From assembly GCF_030684315.1 (NCBI RefSeq), contig NC_081387.1, positions 26,592,647 through 26,656,646 of the forward strand: a stretch of DNA of 64,000 nt. Direction: 5' to 3'. A program made the translations under genes and the position numbers. The notes below the pieces were generated by a model. That model ran no database searches and was not told the DNA's origin. It worked only from the letters and a program-made list of their open reading frames with translations. Shown piece after piece: positions 11,031 to 24,670 of the stretch. Each line of letters starts with the position of its first letter. The stretch's first letter is position 1. The DNA is from Stegostoma tigrinum (lineage: Eukaryota).

Positions 11031-14000
11031 GGTTTACAATTAAGGATTCTCCTTAGCACTCTTTGCCGAAGCCATCTCCTATCTCATTTGTGACCTGATT
11101 TCCCTCAAGTATATTCCTACTGCCTTTCAACTCTCCTAGGGGATCACTTGATCTCTACTGTCTATACCTGACATATGTTTCCTTTTCAGTCTTGACTGAA
11201 ACCTCCCTTTCTCTGGTCATCAAGTATTCCCTACACTTATCAGCCTTGCCTTCCAAAATGCTCCCTCACTGACACTTCAGTCACCTGCCCTACTTTATTT
11301 CCCAAGAGTAGGTCAAATTTTGCACCTTCTCCAGTAGGTACATCCACATACTGAAATCAGAAAATTTTGTTGTACACACTTAACAAATTCCTCTTCATCT
11401 AAGCCCTTAACACTATGGCAGGCCCAGTCTATGTTTGGAAAGTTAAATATGCCCTACAATACCCACCCGATTATTCCTATAGATGACTCAGGTATCCTTA
11501 TAAATTTGTTTCTCAATTTCCTACTGATGATTGGGGCTGTTCTTTTTTTGGTGGTTGATTGAATATTGCTTGGGAAAATAGGATAATACTTTATTGTACT
11601 TTGGTGAGATGAAATGGCTTGAGATCATGATATGGTAGCATATAGGGTCTCTGATTTCACATAACTGAATTGAGACCACAGAACTTTTCAGTTTGGAATC
11701 ATAGAATTATACCAGTGCAGAAGGAAGCCATTCAGTCCATCGTGTCAGCACAGATTCAATCATTCCCCAATGCCAACCTCTGCATTTTCCCCATATCCCT
11801 GCATAATATATCTATACAATGCCCTCTTCAATGCCTGAGTTGAACCTATCTCTACCATATTTCCACGCAGTGCATTCCATACCCTAAATATTTGTTGTGT
11901 GAAAGGTTTTCTTCTCATAGCACTCACTTCTTTTGCATGTCACTTTAAAGATATGACATCTCATTCTTTCTAGCCTTTTCCAACTGGAAAAAAACTTCTC
12001 TCTCTCTACTCTTGTCCAGTCTGCTCATGATTTTGAAAACCTCTATCTGCCAATTCCACTCCAAGGAAAATAGTTCCAACTTCTTTTTCAACAACAACAC
12101 CAAAAATAAAGAACTAAGAACGCTGGAAATCAGAAGCAAAAGCAGAAATTGCTGGAAAAACTCAGCAGGTCTGGTAGCATGTGGAGAGAAAGAAGATTAA
12201 TGTTTCAGGTCCAGTAAGCTGTCTTCAGAAGTTCTCCCAATTTCTTCAGTGTGTTCTCATAACTGAAGTTTCACATTTCCGTAATCCTTCTTTGTAGGTT
12301 GGATGGTGGGAGACCATTGTGTTCCCCCTGTATTTTAGTCATGTAGATTGAATATTGGAATATATAGTAAAATTTCAAGGTCTGACAATGAGGCTAAATT
12401 TGGAGGCAAGGATGACACAAATTAACTGCAGCAAGACATGAGTAAACTAGGAGACAGGAGGTTGATGGAATTTAATACAGAAGTGAGATGATGGACTTTG
12501 GCAGAACACAGAAGGGAATGCAATACAGACTTCATAGCACAGTTCTGGTCAGAGGGACTTGGGAGTTCATGCACATTGATCTTTGAAGACTGCAGGATAG
12601 TTAATGATCAAATGATGTAGGATCTCTGGTTTTAGAAATGGTGGCATTGAGTTCAATATCCTACAGTTTATGCTGAACATTCACGAAGCTTTAATTATGC
12701 TACAACAAGAAGATTGTGCACCAGTTCCAGACATTACTTTTGAGGAAAGGTGTGAGGGTCCTTGAAGGTGCAGAGAAGAATGGTCAGAATATTCCAGGGA
12801 TGAGAAGACAAGGTTAGCTATAAGGTTTTGCTGGAGAATCTGGAGCCGTTACTCTTGAGGCAATGGACATTGAGGGGAGGTTTGACAGAGATGAACAAGA
12901 TTCTGACTAGATTAGGTGAAGTAGGCATTTCATCTGTTCCCATTAGTTAATGGTCAAAGGACTAATGCAAAAGGTTTGATGGTTCAGGCAAGAGATTTAG
13001 GCTAGTAGTGAAGGCTATTTTTCTTCACACAGTGAGTGATAATGACCTGGACTTTGTGACTTACTAACCTTTTACAAACCTCTGCTTCAGAGAAACATGG
13101 CATGGATTTAGGAGTCTGCATGGCCATCTTGAGTGCCAAAATTACTCTCTTGATGAATGGATGAGTGTTGGTAACAAACAGAGCAGTTCAGGATTTTTCT
13201 TATTCATCCATGGAATGAGTATATTGGTTGCTAAGCCAGCATTTATTGCCATCTCTAAGTACCCTAAGAGGGCAGGTAAGAGTCAGCCACATCGCTGTGG
13301 GTCTGGAGTCACATGTATGCCAGACCAGGTAAGGATGGCAGTTTCCTTCCCTAAAGAACATTGGTGAACCAGATGTGTTTTTCCAACAATGGATTCACGG
13401 TCATTCAGTTTGCAAATAGATAACTTGCAATTGGGTTCCACAATTATGAAGAAGATGGAGCGGGGGCACAGGAGGCTTCATTGCACTGCTCATGACTGCA
13501 ATGTTTATTTTTTTGACGAATTGCAAATTGCTTGGGAGTGGAATTGGAAATTGTGCAATGACTGGCCTTTAGTGCCTATTAAAGGGGTAGATCAAAACAC
13601 TTGTTATGTTGTAAGGATCTAATATATGCATCTTTTCCCATATACATTTCCAGTTATGTAACAACATTTTGTTTCTAACCTTTCCTCTGTTGTCTTCATT
13701 TTAGTTTTGCATGGAATGTGAAACATGAATCTCTTAATAATAGGCAACAATTTATAAAGATATGAAATGGTTTACAAGAAAAAAAGGCTTATTCAACAAG
13801 AACATACATCCACAAACATCTACTACTGACACTCCTTTGTCAGCACCTTCCAAATTTATGACTGCCACAACCTAAGACACCAAGCCAATGGGTATATGAG
13901 GACACCATTTATAAGAACAGACATCTGAGGACACCTGCAAGTTTCCTCCAAGCCACTCACCATCCTCAGATTGGAAAAACTGCAAATGCATTGTTCCTCA

Positions 14001-14475
14001 GTGACACTGGATCAAAATCCTGGTGCTCCCTCCTGAAAAGCATTGGGGGTGTGTTCACACCAAATAGACAGTGGTGAATAATAGGTGGACCGACCAGCGA
14101 AGCGCACATCTCCTGAATGATTAAAAATAAATACAAATCTACTTTAGAAATTGTGAATATGCTTCCACATTCACAGGTAGGCAACAGCGTGGCCTCTTGT
14201 TGTTCCTTTTCATGTGTTTGTACATTGACATTTTTAAATGATGCATACAAATTAGGAAAATATTTTCAGAATTTCTGCAATAATTTATGTTTATATAGCA
14301 CCTTTAACATAATAAAAATGTATCTAAAGATATTTCATTCAGCATTATAAAACAAAGTATGACAGTGAGGCACTTAAAGTCATACTTAGACAAATGTTTG
14401 TTCAAAGACATTGTTTATTCTGAGTCTTTAAAAGGAGGATTATGGTATGATAACTTTGGAATATAGATAGAATAT

Positions 14476-14785
14476 TAGATTTCCTACAGTGTGGAAACAG
14501 GCCCTTTGGCCCAACAAGTCCACACCGCTCTTTGAAATATCCCACCCAGACCTATCCCCCTATAACCCACACACCCCTGAACACTACGGGCAATTTAGCA
14601 TGGCCAATCCGCCTAGCCTGCACATCTTTGGACTGTGGGAGGAAACCGGAGCACCTGGAGGAAACCCACGCAGACACGGGGAGAAGGTGCAAACTCTACA
14701 CAGATAGTCGCCTGAGGCTGGAATCGATCCTGGGTCCCTGGCGCTGTGAGGCTGCAGTGCTAACCACTGAGCCACCGTGCTGCCC
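14476..14785 (-). mobile_element. Full-length tRNA-derived SINE (HE1/V-SINE-like)
   Basis: rc gggcagcacggtggctcagtggttagc A box, ggatcgattcc B box, V-core-like ctccccgtgtctgcgtgggtttcctcc, CR1-like tail. Confidence 0.85.
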
Positions 14786-16835
14786 CTATGTGATTGCCTA
14801 CCGTACCTTGACTTAAAAATTATATCTATTCAGGATTGCATGTTTCTGGCATGAACAGATCTTGCCGATGTCACAGTCACATTCATGACTTTGATCAGAG
14901 TTTTTCTGGTTCTCTGGCTGGGACAGAAGTCTGATGGGGCAGATTCAAAGATGAATGAAGGAAAGGCAGGAATGGATTTGGGGATGATGATGTGTAGTTA
15001 GGTGCTTGTCGTTTGGTACCATGGGTTTAAACAGCTTCTTTTTTGCTGTAAAACTCTACAATTCTAAAGCCTTTTACATGCTATGAGTGATGCTACCACA
15101 CCGTTCTGTGTCTGTAAAATCTTCTTTTGTTTTGTTTTGACACCAACACCTTGATAAATTGTTATGATCTCTCTACCTTAATTAGTCTGTACAGTTTTGG
15201 ATTACTCGTTGCTTTGGTTAGACCCTCAGTATGCAGCTCTTATACCTATTATGTTATTCTAGTCACTCGGTTTGTCTCCAGCACCACCTTATTTTTAATC
15301 TTTTGCAATTGTTTCTCTGCCTCATTTAATCGGATTATAGGTCATCCCTTCACTTGTTATTCAGCTATTGTTACTTTACTCACACCGCCTGACACACTTG
15401 ACCACCTACAGAGGCCTATTATTCAGCCTGTTGACACTCCACTCATGCTATTTGCATGATCATTTGATCTTCCTGCACATTTATTTCTCTACCTATAAAT
15501 TCTGAGCCTGTGTGCTTCTCTCTCACTTCACCAGATGAAGGGGCTACACTGTGAAAGCCTGTGGTTTCAAATAAATTTGTTCACCTAATACCTGGTGTCA
15601 TCTGACTTCTGACCTTGTCGAGCCCAGTCCAACACTGGCACCTCCACGTCCAATCTAAGGAAGAATAGATTTACTGGCCTAATTGCCCTTGGATTATAGT
15701 TAAGAGTTAACCACATCACTGTGGGTCCATAGCTCATGTCAGCCAGAGCAGATAAAGACAGTAGAATTCCCTCTCTAAATGGCATTAGTGAATCAGATTT
15801 TTTTTAAAAAGGGCAATCAATTATGGTTACATTTGAGGAACTCTTTGAGCCATAATCTAAATGAATGATAGAGCAAGCTGAACAGTCTACTCCAGGCTCT
15901 ACATTCCTACAGACTGCACTTTTTAAAAAGGCAATTAAGGATGGAAAATTAATTATGGTCTTGCTTGCAATGCCAGAATCTCTTAAAACGAATATTAAAA
16001 ATAGGATAGGTCTTTCATAGGACCACCAGAGTGGTGGTAATATGAATATCCTAAACCCAATATCTTGTCTACCATAGTGAAACTTCTTTGATGTATTTGA
16101 CAAATCTTTCTGCAAAGTGGAGAAGTTCTATTCTCAGGTTTATATTAAAAATAATAAATAGGAATCCTGTAGCAAAAAAATAATATTTTCACTCATTAAT
16201 TTTCATCATTAAGTTTCTTTTGGGGCTCAAAGGTTACAGGGAGAAGGCAAGAGAAGTGGTTTGAGAAACATGACAGTCACAATGGAGTGGCAGAGCAGAA
16301 TTGATGGACTGAATGACCTAAATCTGCTCTGATATCTTTTGGTCTGTTGTGCAAAAATAGTTCAATGTAGTGCTAGGATGTATAGCTTTGGAAAGTATTT
16401 TTATGTCATTGGTCACTTTACTGTGAATCCTTGTGGTGCAATGACTGAAAAAATTATACTTTTATTTGAAAAAGGTGGTGGAAGTTTTTTCCAATGGAAG
16501 CAACAATAAGGCTTAAATCATTACCCTTAAAATTGTATGCCTCAAGGTGGGTTAAAGATAGCGTGATGGAGGAGGTGGGGAATTGACTTTGAATAGAAAT
16601 CAGTGGCTTACTCTTCCTGGTAATATTCTAAGGTGCCTCAGGAAAATACGGTGCCTTTCCAAACCCACAACTATTCACATGTAGAAAGACCAGGGATACA
16701 CCACTGTTTGCAAATTTTCATCAAACCATTCACCATTCTGATTTGGAAATATGTCACCGCTCCTTCATTGTCACTGGGTCAAAATTATGGAAACCCTCCC
16801 TGACAGCATTGTGGGTCAACCTACATCAAACGGAC

Positions 16836-18991
16836 TGCAGTGTTTGAGGAGTGATAAAGGGAACTGCAGATGCTGGAGAATCCAAGATAATAAAGTGTGA
16901 AGCTGGATGAACACAGCAGGCCCAGCAGCACCTCAGGAGCACAAAAGCTGACATTTCGGGTCTAGACCCTTCATCAGAGAGGGGATGGGGTGAGGGTTCT
17001 GGAATAAATAGGGAGAGGGGGGAGGCGGACCGAAGATGGAGAGAAAAGAAGATAGGTGGAGAGGAGAGTATAGGTGGGGAGGTAGGGAGGGGATAGGTCA
17101 GTCCAGGGAAGACGGACAGGCCAAGGAGGTGGGATGAGGTTAGTAGGTAGGAAATGGAGGTGCAGCTTGGGGTGGGAGGAAGGGATGGGTGAGAGGAAGA
17201 ACAGGTTAGGGAGGCAGAGACAGGCTGGGCTGGTTTTGGGATGCAGTGGGGTGCAGGGTTCCCAAGCGGAATATGAGTTGCTGTTCCTACAACGTTCGGG
17301 TGGTGGCATTGTGGCACTGCAGGAGGCCCATGATGGACATGCCATCTAAAGAATGGGAGGGGGAGTTGAAATGGTTCGCGACTGGGGGAGTGCAGTTGTT
17401 TATTGCGAACTGAGCGGAGGTGTTCTGCAAAGCGGTCCCCAAGCCTCTGCTTGGTTTCCCTAATGTAGAGGAAGCCACACCGGGTACAATGGATACAGTA
17501 CACCACATTGGCAGATGTGCAGGTGAACTTCTGCTTAATATGGAAAGTCATCTTGGGGCCTGGGATAGGGGTGAGGAAGGAGGTGTGGGGGCAAGTGTAG
17601 CCTTTCCGCGGTTGCAGGGGAAGGTGCCGGGTGTGGTGGGGTTGGAGGGCAGTGTGGAGCGAACAAGGGAGTCACGGGGAGAGTGGTCTCTCTGGAAAGT
17701 GGACATCTGGGATGTGCGGGAGTGGAATGCCTCATCGTGGGTCTCACCTATCTGGACTCCATTTTCTTCCCTTTGTCCAGATGTCCAAGTTCTTCAAGGA
17801 CCGCAACTTTCCCCCCTACAGTGGTCGAGAACACCCTTGACCGCGTCTCCCGCATTTCCCGCAACACATCCCTCACACCCCACCCCCGCCACAACCGCCC
17901 CAAGAGGATCCTCCTCGTTCTCACACACCACCCCACCAACCTCCGGATACTACGCATCATCCTCCGACACTTCCGCCATCTACAATCTGACCCCACCACC
18001 CAAGACATTTTTCCATCCACACCCTTGTCTGCTTTCCGGAGAGACCACTCTCTCCGTGACTCCCTTGTTCGCTCCACACTGCCCTCCAACCCCACCACAC
18101 CCGGCACCTTCCCCTGCAACCGCAGGAAATGCTACACTTGCCCCCACACCTCCTCCCTCACCCCTAACCCAGGCCCCAAGATGACTTTCCTTATTAAGCA
18201 GAGGTTCACCTGCACATCAGCCAATGTGGTATACTGTATCCATTGTACCCGGTGTGGCCTCCTCTACATTGGGGAAACCAAGCCGAGGCTTGGGGACCGC
18301 TTTGCAGAGCACCTCTGCTCGGTTCGCAATAAACAACTGCACCTCCCAGTCGCGAACCATTTCAACTCCCCCTCCCATTCTTTAGGTGACATGTCCATCA
18401 TGGGCCTCCTGCAGTGCCACAATGATGCCACCCGAAGGTTGCAGGAACAGCAACTCATATTCCGCTTGGGAACCCTGCAGCCCAATGGTATCAATGTGGA
18501 CTTCACCAGCTTCAAAATCTCCCCTTCCCCCACCGCATCCCAAAACCAGCCCAGTTCGTCCCCTCCCCCCACTTCACCACACAACCAGCCCAGCTCTTCC
18601 CCTCCCCCCACTGAGTCCCAAAACCAGCCCAGCCTGTCTCTGCCTCCCTAACCTGTTCTTCCTCTCACCCATCCCTTCCTCCCACCCCAAGCCGCACCTC
18701 CATTTCCTACCTACTAACCTCATCCCACCTCCTTGACCTGTCCGTCTTCCCTGGACTGACCTATCCCCTCCCTACCTCCCCACCTATACTCTCCTCTCCA
18801 CCTATCTTCTTTTCTCTCCATCTTCAGTCCGCCTCCCCCTCTCTCCCTATTTATTCCAGAACCCTTAGCCCATCCCCCTCTCTGATGAAGGGTCTAGGCC
18901 CGAAGCATCAGCTTTTGTGCTCCTGAGATGCTGCTGGGCCTGCTGTGTTCATCCAGCTTCACACTTTATTATCTTGCAGCGTTTGAGGAGT
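16836..18991. mobile_element. Penelope-like element with inverted 5' arm; GIY-YIG endonuclease ORF 17683-18651; 17-bp TSD
   Basis: CTSANVVYCIHCTRCGLLYIGETKPRLGDRFAEH (PLE GIY-YIG) on both strands; inverted pseudo-LTRs; tgcagtgtttgaggagt 16836-16852 / tgcagcgtttgaggagt 18975-18991. Confidence 0.9.
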
Positions 18992-19481
18992 CAGCTCACC
19001 ATCACCTTCTCCAGGGCAACTAGGGAGATGGAATAAAAGCTGGCCAAGTCAGCTGCACCCACGTTCCTTGAATGGTTTTTCTTGAAAAAAAAATCCTTAA
19101 GTAAGTTTTCTTCAATAACCAGTGTGCGGGTGCACAGAACAGAAGAACAAAGAACAGCCCAGTGGGGTGTGTGTTCTTCTGGAACTCCCCGTCACAGAGA
19201 GCTGTGGGGCAGGCTGTTCATGTATAATTAAGGCTGAGATAGATTGTTGATAAGTAGGGTTAAGAGAGTCCAGTAGCTTCAGATGTAGGATCAATAGAAT
19301 CAAGGGTTAAAGGGAAACGGCAGGAAAATGGACATGAGGAATGTCAGATCACCCAGGATTCTGTGCTTGCGGGTGGAATGGCCTACTCCTGTTCTTATTT
19401 CTTATGGGCCAATGGAGGATCCAGTTTGGGACTGAGAATTGTTTATTGGATCGAGCTTGAAAGCAGCACCTTTAGCTTTCA

Positions 19482-19693
19482 CTGAATTTGAAAGTTGTTT
19501 CAGAGATATTTACATTTGCTGGAGAGTCTGAGATAACAAGCTGCAGAGCTGCATGCACACAGCAGGCCAAGCAACAAAGCTTATGTTTCGGACCTAGACG
19601 CTTCTCGAAACGTCAGCTTTCCTGCTCAACTGATACTGCTTGGTCTGCTGTGTTCATCCAGTTCTACACACCTTGTTGTCTCTGAATTTGAAA
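19482..19693. mobile_element. Mini fold-back Penelope-derived element, 12-bp TSD
   Basis: Inverted pLTR-end arms; ctgaatttgaaa at 19482-19493 and 19682-19693. Confidence 0.7.
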
Positions 19694-20050
19694 ACTGCAC
19701 AGTTTACGCTGGCGTATATTTTCAGGATGGAATGAGGTAAAGTTGCTACAGTCCCATCAGAGAACGAGGGACCACTGGCGGTGGTTTAACCTAAGGGTCA
19801 GCACGCTTCAAGCCAGGGAACAGTTAAGGATAGTCCTTCACAGCCCGTGTAAGAACCGAACTCATTCTACTGACACCACCTTTCAGCACAGACTAGCCGT
19901 CCAACCAATTGTGCTGGTCGACAATCAGTGGCTGCTTGGTGAACCGAAAGCGCCAGGTCAATGCAAGTAACAAATAAGACCAACCACTCAAGGAGATTGA
20001 GCATGGGCTCCGGAATCTCGCACCGCGAACTGTAATGATGCGATTGCCCG

Positions 20051-20200
20051 GTCGTTATGGCAACAGTCTAACGAACTCGGGCATTGGCTCGTGCCCTGTC
20101 GCAGCGTTCTAAAGGCGGGGACGTTCGGCCTATGATTTGCTACAACTGCTGGACGTTCGACAGGAACGTTCCCGAACACTGCCCTCTATCTGCAAATAAG
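20051..20200 (+). promoter_or_regulatory. HSP70-2 promoter: RFX X-box, CCAAT, GC box, perfect HSE, TATA-like
   Basis: GTCGTT-AT-GGCAAC 20051-20064; ATTGG 20083; aggcgggg 20113; GAAcgTTCccGAA 20164-20176; caaataag 20193-20200. Confidence 0.75.
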
Positions 20201-20282
20201 CAACTGGTCGGTGTCAACGGCGGCAGAAGGAGCGTTAGCCTGGTGCAGTTAGTCACGGATGGCCGTCCCGAGATAGGAAATC

Positions 20283-22193
20283 ATGCCAGCAGCCATTGGT
20301 ATTGACCTGGGTACCACCTACTCCTGTGTCGGGGTCTTCCAGCATGGCAAGGTGGAGATCATCGCCAATGACCAGGGCAACCGCACCACCCCCAGCTACG
20401 TGGCCTTCAATGACACTGAGAGGCTCATCGGAGATGCTGCCAAGAACCAGGTAGCCCTGAACCCACAGAATACCATCTTTGATGCCAAGAGGCTCATCGG
20501 AAGGAGGTTTGATGACCCAGTCGTGCAGTCTGATATGAAGCACTGGCCCTTCCAGGTGGTGAATGATGGAGGGAAGCCTAAGGTCAGGGTTGAATATAAA
20601 GGCGCCAGTAGATCTTTTTACCCCGAGGAAATCTCTTCCATGGTGCTGACCAAGATGAAGGAGACAGCAGAGGCTTACCTGGGACACACTGTCAGTAATG
20701 CTGTTATCACGGTGCCTGCTTACTTCAATGACTCCCAGCGCCAGGCAACCAAAGACGCCGGGGTGATCGCTGGCCTCAATGTCCTCCGTGTTATCAATGA
20801 GCCAACGGCAGCTGCCATTGCCTATGGCCTGGACAAGAAGGGCAGAGGAGAACACAATGTTCTCATCTTTGACTTGGGGGGTGGCACCTTTGACGTGTCT
20901 ATCCTCTCCATTGACGATGGTATCTTTGAAGTGAAATCGACAGCGGGCGACACCCACTTGGGAGGAGAGGACTTTGATAATCGCATGGTCAATCACTTCA
21001 TTGAGGAGTTCAAGCGTAAATACAAGAAGGACATCAGTCAGAACAAGAGGGCGGTGAGGAGGCTGAGGACAGCCTGTGAAAGAGCCAAGAGAACCCTGTC
21101 TTCCAGCACACAAGCCAGTATTGAAATTGACTCTCTGTATGAAAGCTTAGACTTCTACACCTCCATCACCAGGGCTCGGTTTGAGGAACTCAATACCGAC
21201 CTGTTCAGAGGCACTCTGGAACCAGTGGAGAAAGCTCTGAGAGATGCCAAGTTGGACAAGTCACAGATCCATGACGTTGTCTTGGTTGGGGGCTCCACCC
21301 GCATTCCCAAGATCCAGAAACTGCTGCAAGATTTCTTCAGTGGCAAGGAGCTGAACAAGAGCATCAATCCTGATGAGGCTGTGGCCTATGGGGCAGCTGT
21401 TCAAGCAGCTATTCTGATGGGGGACAAGTCCGAGAATGTTCAGGACCTACTTCTCCTGGATGTTGCTGCCCTGTCATTGGGTCTCGAGACAGCAGGAGGT
21501 GTCATGACTGCACTCATCAAGCGCAATACCACCATTCCCACCAAGCAGACCCAGATCTTCAGCACCTACTCTGATAACCAGCCTGGTGTGCTTATTCAGG
21601 TGTATGAAGGAGAGCGAGCCATGACCAAAGACAACAATCTCCTGGGGAAATTTGAATTGAGTGGCATTGCTCCTGCCCCTCGTGGTGTGCCACAGATCGA
21701 GGTCACCTTTGATATCGATGCCAATGGCATCTTGAATGTCTCTGCCATTGATAAGAGCACTGGCAAATCGAACAAGATCACTATCAGCAATGACAAGGGC
21801 AGGCTGAGTAAGGAGGAGATTGAGAGGATGGTGCAGGAAGCAGAAAGTTACAAAGCCCAAGATGATATGCAACACAAAAAAGTCTTGGCTAAAAACTCCC
21901 TAGAGTCATATGCATTCAACATGAAGAATTCAGCAGAGGAAGAAAAAATAAGCAGCAAGATTAGTGAGGAAGACAAGAAGAAGGTAACTGAAACCTGTAA
22001 CCAAGCAATATCCTGGCTGGAGACACACCAGGATGCAGAGAAGCATGAGTATGAAGATCAACTGAAGAAGTTGGAGAATATCTGCAACCCCATTATTGCC
22101 AAGTTATATCAGGGAGATGTGCCTGTTGGCTTCGGTGACCAGGCTGGTAAAGGAAATGCCTTTAGTGGCCCAACAATTGAGGAAGTTGATTGA
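20283..22193 (+). CDS. hsp70: Intronless cytosolic HSP70 (copy 2, 636 aa)
   Basis: All three HSP70 signatures; C-terminal GPTIEEVD; AATAAA 22514. Confidence 0.97.
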   Translation: MPAAIGIDLGTTYSCVGVFQHGKVEIIANDQGNRTTPSYVAFNDTERLIGDAAKNQVALNPQNTIFDAKRLIGRRFDDPVVQSDMKHWPFQVVNDGGKPKVRVEYKGASRSFYPEEISSMVLTKMKETAEAYLGHTVSNAVITVPAYFNDSQRQATKDAGVIAGLNVLRVINEPTAAAIAYGLDKKGRGEHNVLIFDLGGGTFDVSILSIDDGIFEVKSTAGDTHLGGEDFDNRMVNHFIEEFKRKYKKDISQNKRAVRRLRTACERAKRTLSSSTQASIEIDSLYESLDFYTSITRARFEELNTDLFRGTLEPVEKALRDAKLDKSQIHDVVLVGGSTRIPKIQKLLQDFFSGKELNKSINPDEAVAYGAAVQAAILMGDKSENVQDLLLLDVAALSLGLETAGGVMTALIKRNTTIPTKQTQIFSTYSDNQPGVLIQVYEGERAMTKDNNLLGKFELSGIAPAPRGVPQIEVTFDIDANGILNVSAIDKSTGKSNKITISNDKGRLSKEEIERMVQEAESYKAQDDMQHKKVLAKNSLESYAFNMKNSAEEEKISSKISEEDKKKVTETCNQAISWLETHQDAEKHEYEDQLKKLENICNPIIAKLYQGDVPVGFGDQAGKGNAFSGPTIEEVD

Positions 22194-24164
22194 ATTCTTT
22201 CCCAAACTTACATCTTTCCCTGTCCCACCATCTCTATTCCAACCATCATCTCATTACCCCACTTTGGCATCCCTAGTTTAACTAACTTTGTAAAACATTG
22301 ACATGATCAAAGTACTCGGTTGCCATTTGTAGAGATGACATATTTCTCGATTAAGATACTGCCTTTGATGGTTCACAGTTGGCTTTATGATAATGAGTTT
22401 TCTTTCAGTGAACTTTGTTGTTTTTAATGTGATTATTCTGGATTGCTCAGTTACTTTCCTGGTTACATTTGCTTGTCCACTTATGTACATTGAGTACATT
22501 TATGTAAAAGGCTAATAAAGTCTTGTGCTAAAATCATTTGGTCAGGTGTTTAGTTTTGAATACCTTTCTTCTTTCAAGCACTGTGCTCTGAAAGCGCTGA
22601 CAAGTACTTCAGCCCTGACAACGTACTGCTGCCACTTCTATCTTTAGATGGCTGGACAGGGTTCCCTATTGTTCACAGCACCTGAATGTGCTGTGTGTTA
22701 GAATAACATTAAACGTTGATGTTCAACCTGCTTGTCTGCAATAAAGAATGCACCATAGGTTCTTGAACTTGGATATTCTAGCTCAGAGACATTCCCCTCT
22801 ACACCACAAGACCTCCAATTTTAATAGTGACTGCTACAGAATATGCATTTCTGTTGAGTGGCAGTGCTCAGAATCATACACAACACTCAAGATGGGTTCA
22901 GATGACATCTTTGTGCACTGGAAGCATAAATTCCTACTCTCACTATTGCTGCCCACTTGAGTCACAAGCCAGCTTTCCATTAACCTGTTGGGCTAATGTG
23001 TGCCTACCTCTCCTTTCTGTACTTGGACATCCAAATCTCTCATCGCCTCCTTTCTTCCTTTTTCTAAGCACATTGAAAATACTCTGATTTCTCACTGTTG
23101 TATCCAAAGTCAATTATCTCGCACTTTACAAGCAGAATAGCAGTCTCCACTGCTTTGCCCACTTGCATGATTTCAAGTTACCATCCATAAATAAATGCGC
23201 TGCCTGCCATTTATTCCAAGCTTTCCTCTGGAAAAGGTATGTGGATGCTTGAAACACTCAGCCCGAGCAGAAAGAGCGGAAAGAGAAACAAGTCGAGTGT
23301 CAGTTGATGACCTGCCACCACAAGATGGCATGCAAGAAATGAGGAAGGCAAATGGTATGTTGGCCTTTATTACTCAAGTATTCAATACAGGAGTAAAAAT
23401 GTCTTGCTGCTGTTGTATAGAGCCTTAGCAACACTGCTTGGAGAATATTTTGTGCAGTTTTGATGTCCCTAGCTAAAGGAAAGATATATTGCCATATTCG
23501 GAGGGCAGTGGAAGTTCACTAGATTGATTCCTGGAGTTGCGGTAATGTCTACGAGGAGAGATCAAGAAGACAGGGCTTATATTCTCGAGAGGTTAGAAAG
23601 ATGAAACGTGATCTCGTTGAATGAGACAGAAGTTCTTACAGGGGAGATGGGGGCATTATATCAATATCACTGGACTAGAGGCAAAGGATAACAACGTGAA
23701 ATTCAGATATAATTTCCCAACACTGCAGCTGCTGAAAATTAAACTCAGTTTCCATCTAAAGGGAGTCTCAGCGATGGTGACCATCAAAATTATCACTGAC
23801 TATTGTAAAAATGCCTAATGTCCTTCAGGGAACAAAATCTGCTGTCCTCACCAGGTCTGGCCTATACATGACTACAGACCCAGAGCAATAGGGTTCCCTC
23901 TTAATTGCCTTCTGAAATTATTAGCAAGCCACTCAGTTCAGGGACTGTTGGGGATGGGCAACAAATGCTGGATCTGCTGATGACATCCTCATCTGATTAA
24001 AAGAATTCTGAAAAATAAAAGATGCTAGGTGATTGGTTCCCCTGATTGCAGGCACTATGGCTTGGGTCAAAGTCTCAGATTAGTGGTTGGACCTTCAAGG
24101 ACTGAGGTGAGTGGGGACTTCTTCACTTCTAGGGTGGTGAATCTTTAGACTCCTTTACCCCAGT

Positions 24165-24670
24165 TCTGATCTCCCTGCTACAGGAAAGATGTTGCTATTA
24201 CTTGAAAGGGTTCAGAAAAGATTTACAAGGATATTGCCAGGGTTGGAGGGTTTGAACGAGAGGGAAAGGCTGAAATCGGCTGCAGCTATTTTACCTGGAG
24301 CGTTGTAGGCTGAGTGGCAACGATTTAGAAGTTTGTAAAATCATGAGGGGCATGAAAAGGGTGAATAGTCCCCAAGGTCTTCTCCCCAGGGTCAGGGAAT
24401 CCAAAACTAAAGGGTATAGGTTTAAGGTGAGAGGGGAAAAGATTCAAAAGGGACCCCAGTGTTGACTTTTTCATGCAGAGGTCGATGCGTGAAGGCTGGT
24501 ACAATTACAGCATTTAAAAGGCATCTGGATGGGAATGTTAATAGGAAACTTTAAGAGGGATATTGCCAAATGCTGGCAAATGGAAACAGATTAATTTAGG
24601 ATACCTTGTTGACATGGATGAGATGGAGGAAAGGGTGTGTTTCTGTGCTGTACAACTGTATAACTCTAGA
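24165..24670 (+). mobile_element. CR1 LINE 3' fragment
   Basis: cttgaaagggttcagaaaagatttacaagg...gggtataggtttaaggtgagaggg...tail. Confidence 0.75.

Noticed and set aside
17683-18651. Host gene / domesticated GIY-YIG nuclease
   Set aside because: 5'-truncated piece inside a TSD-bounded element, nearly identical to another copy at 36 kb; no promoter or splice evidence.
20253-21113. Long antisense ORFs opposite the HSP70 genes (also 8757-9527, 7944-8423, 28467-29012)
   Set aside because: Well-known by-product of HSP70 codon usage; broken at different places among copies and starting at non-ATG codons.
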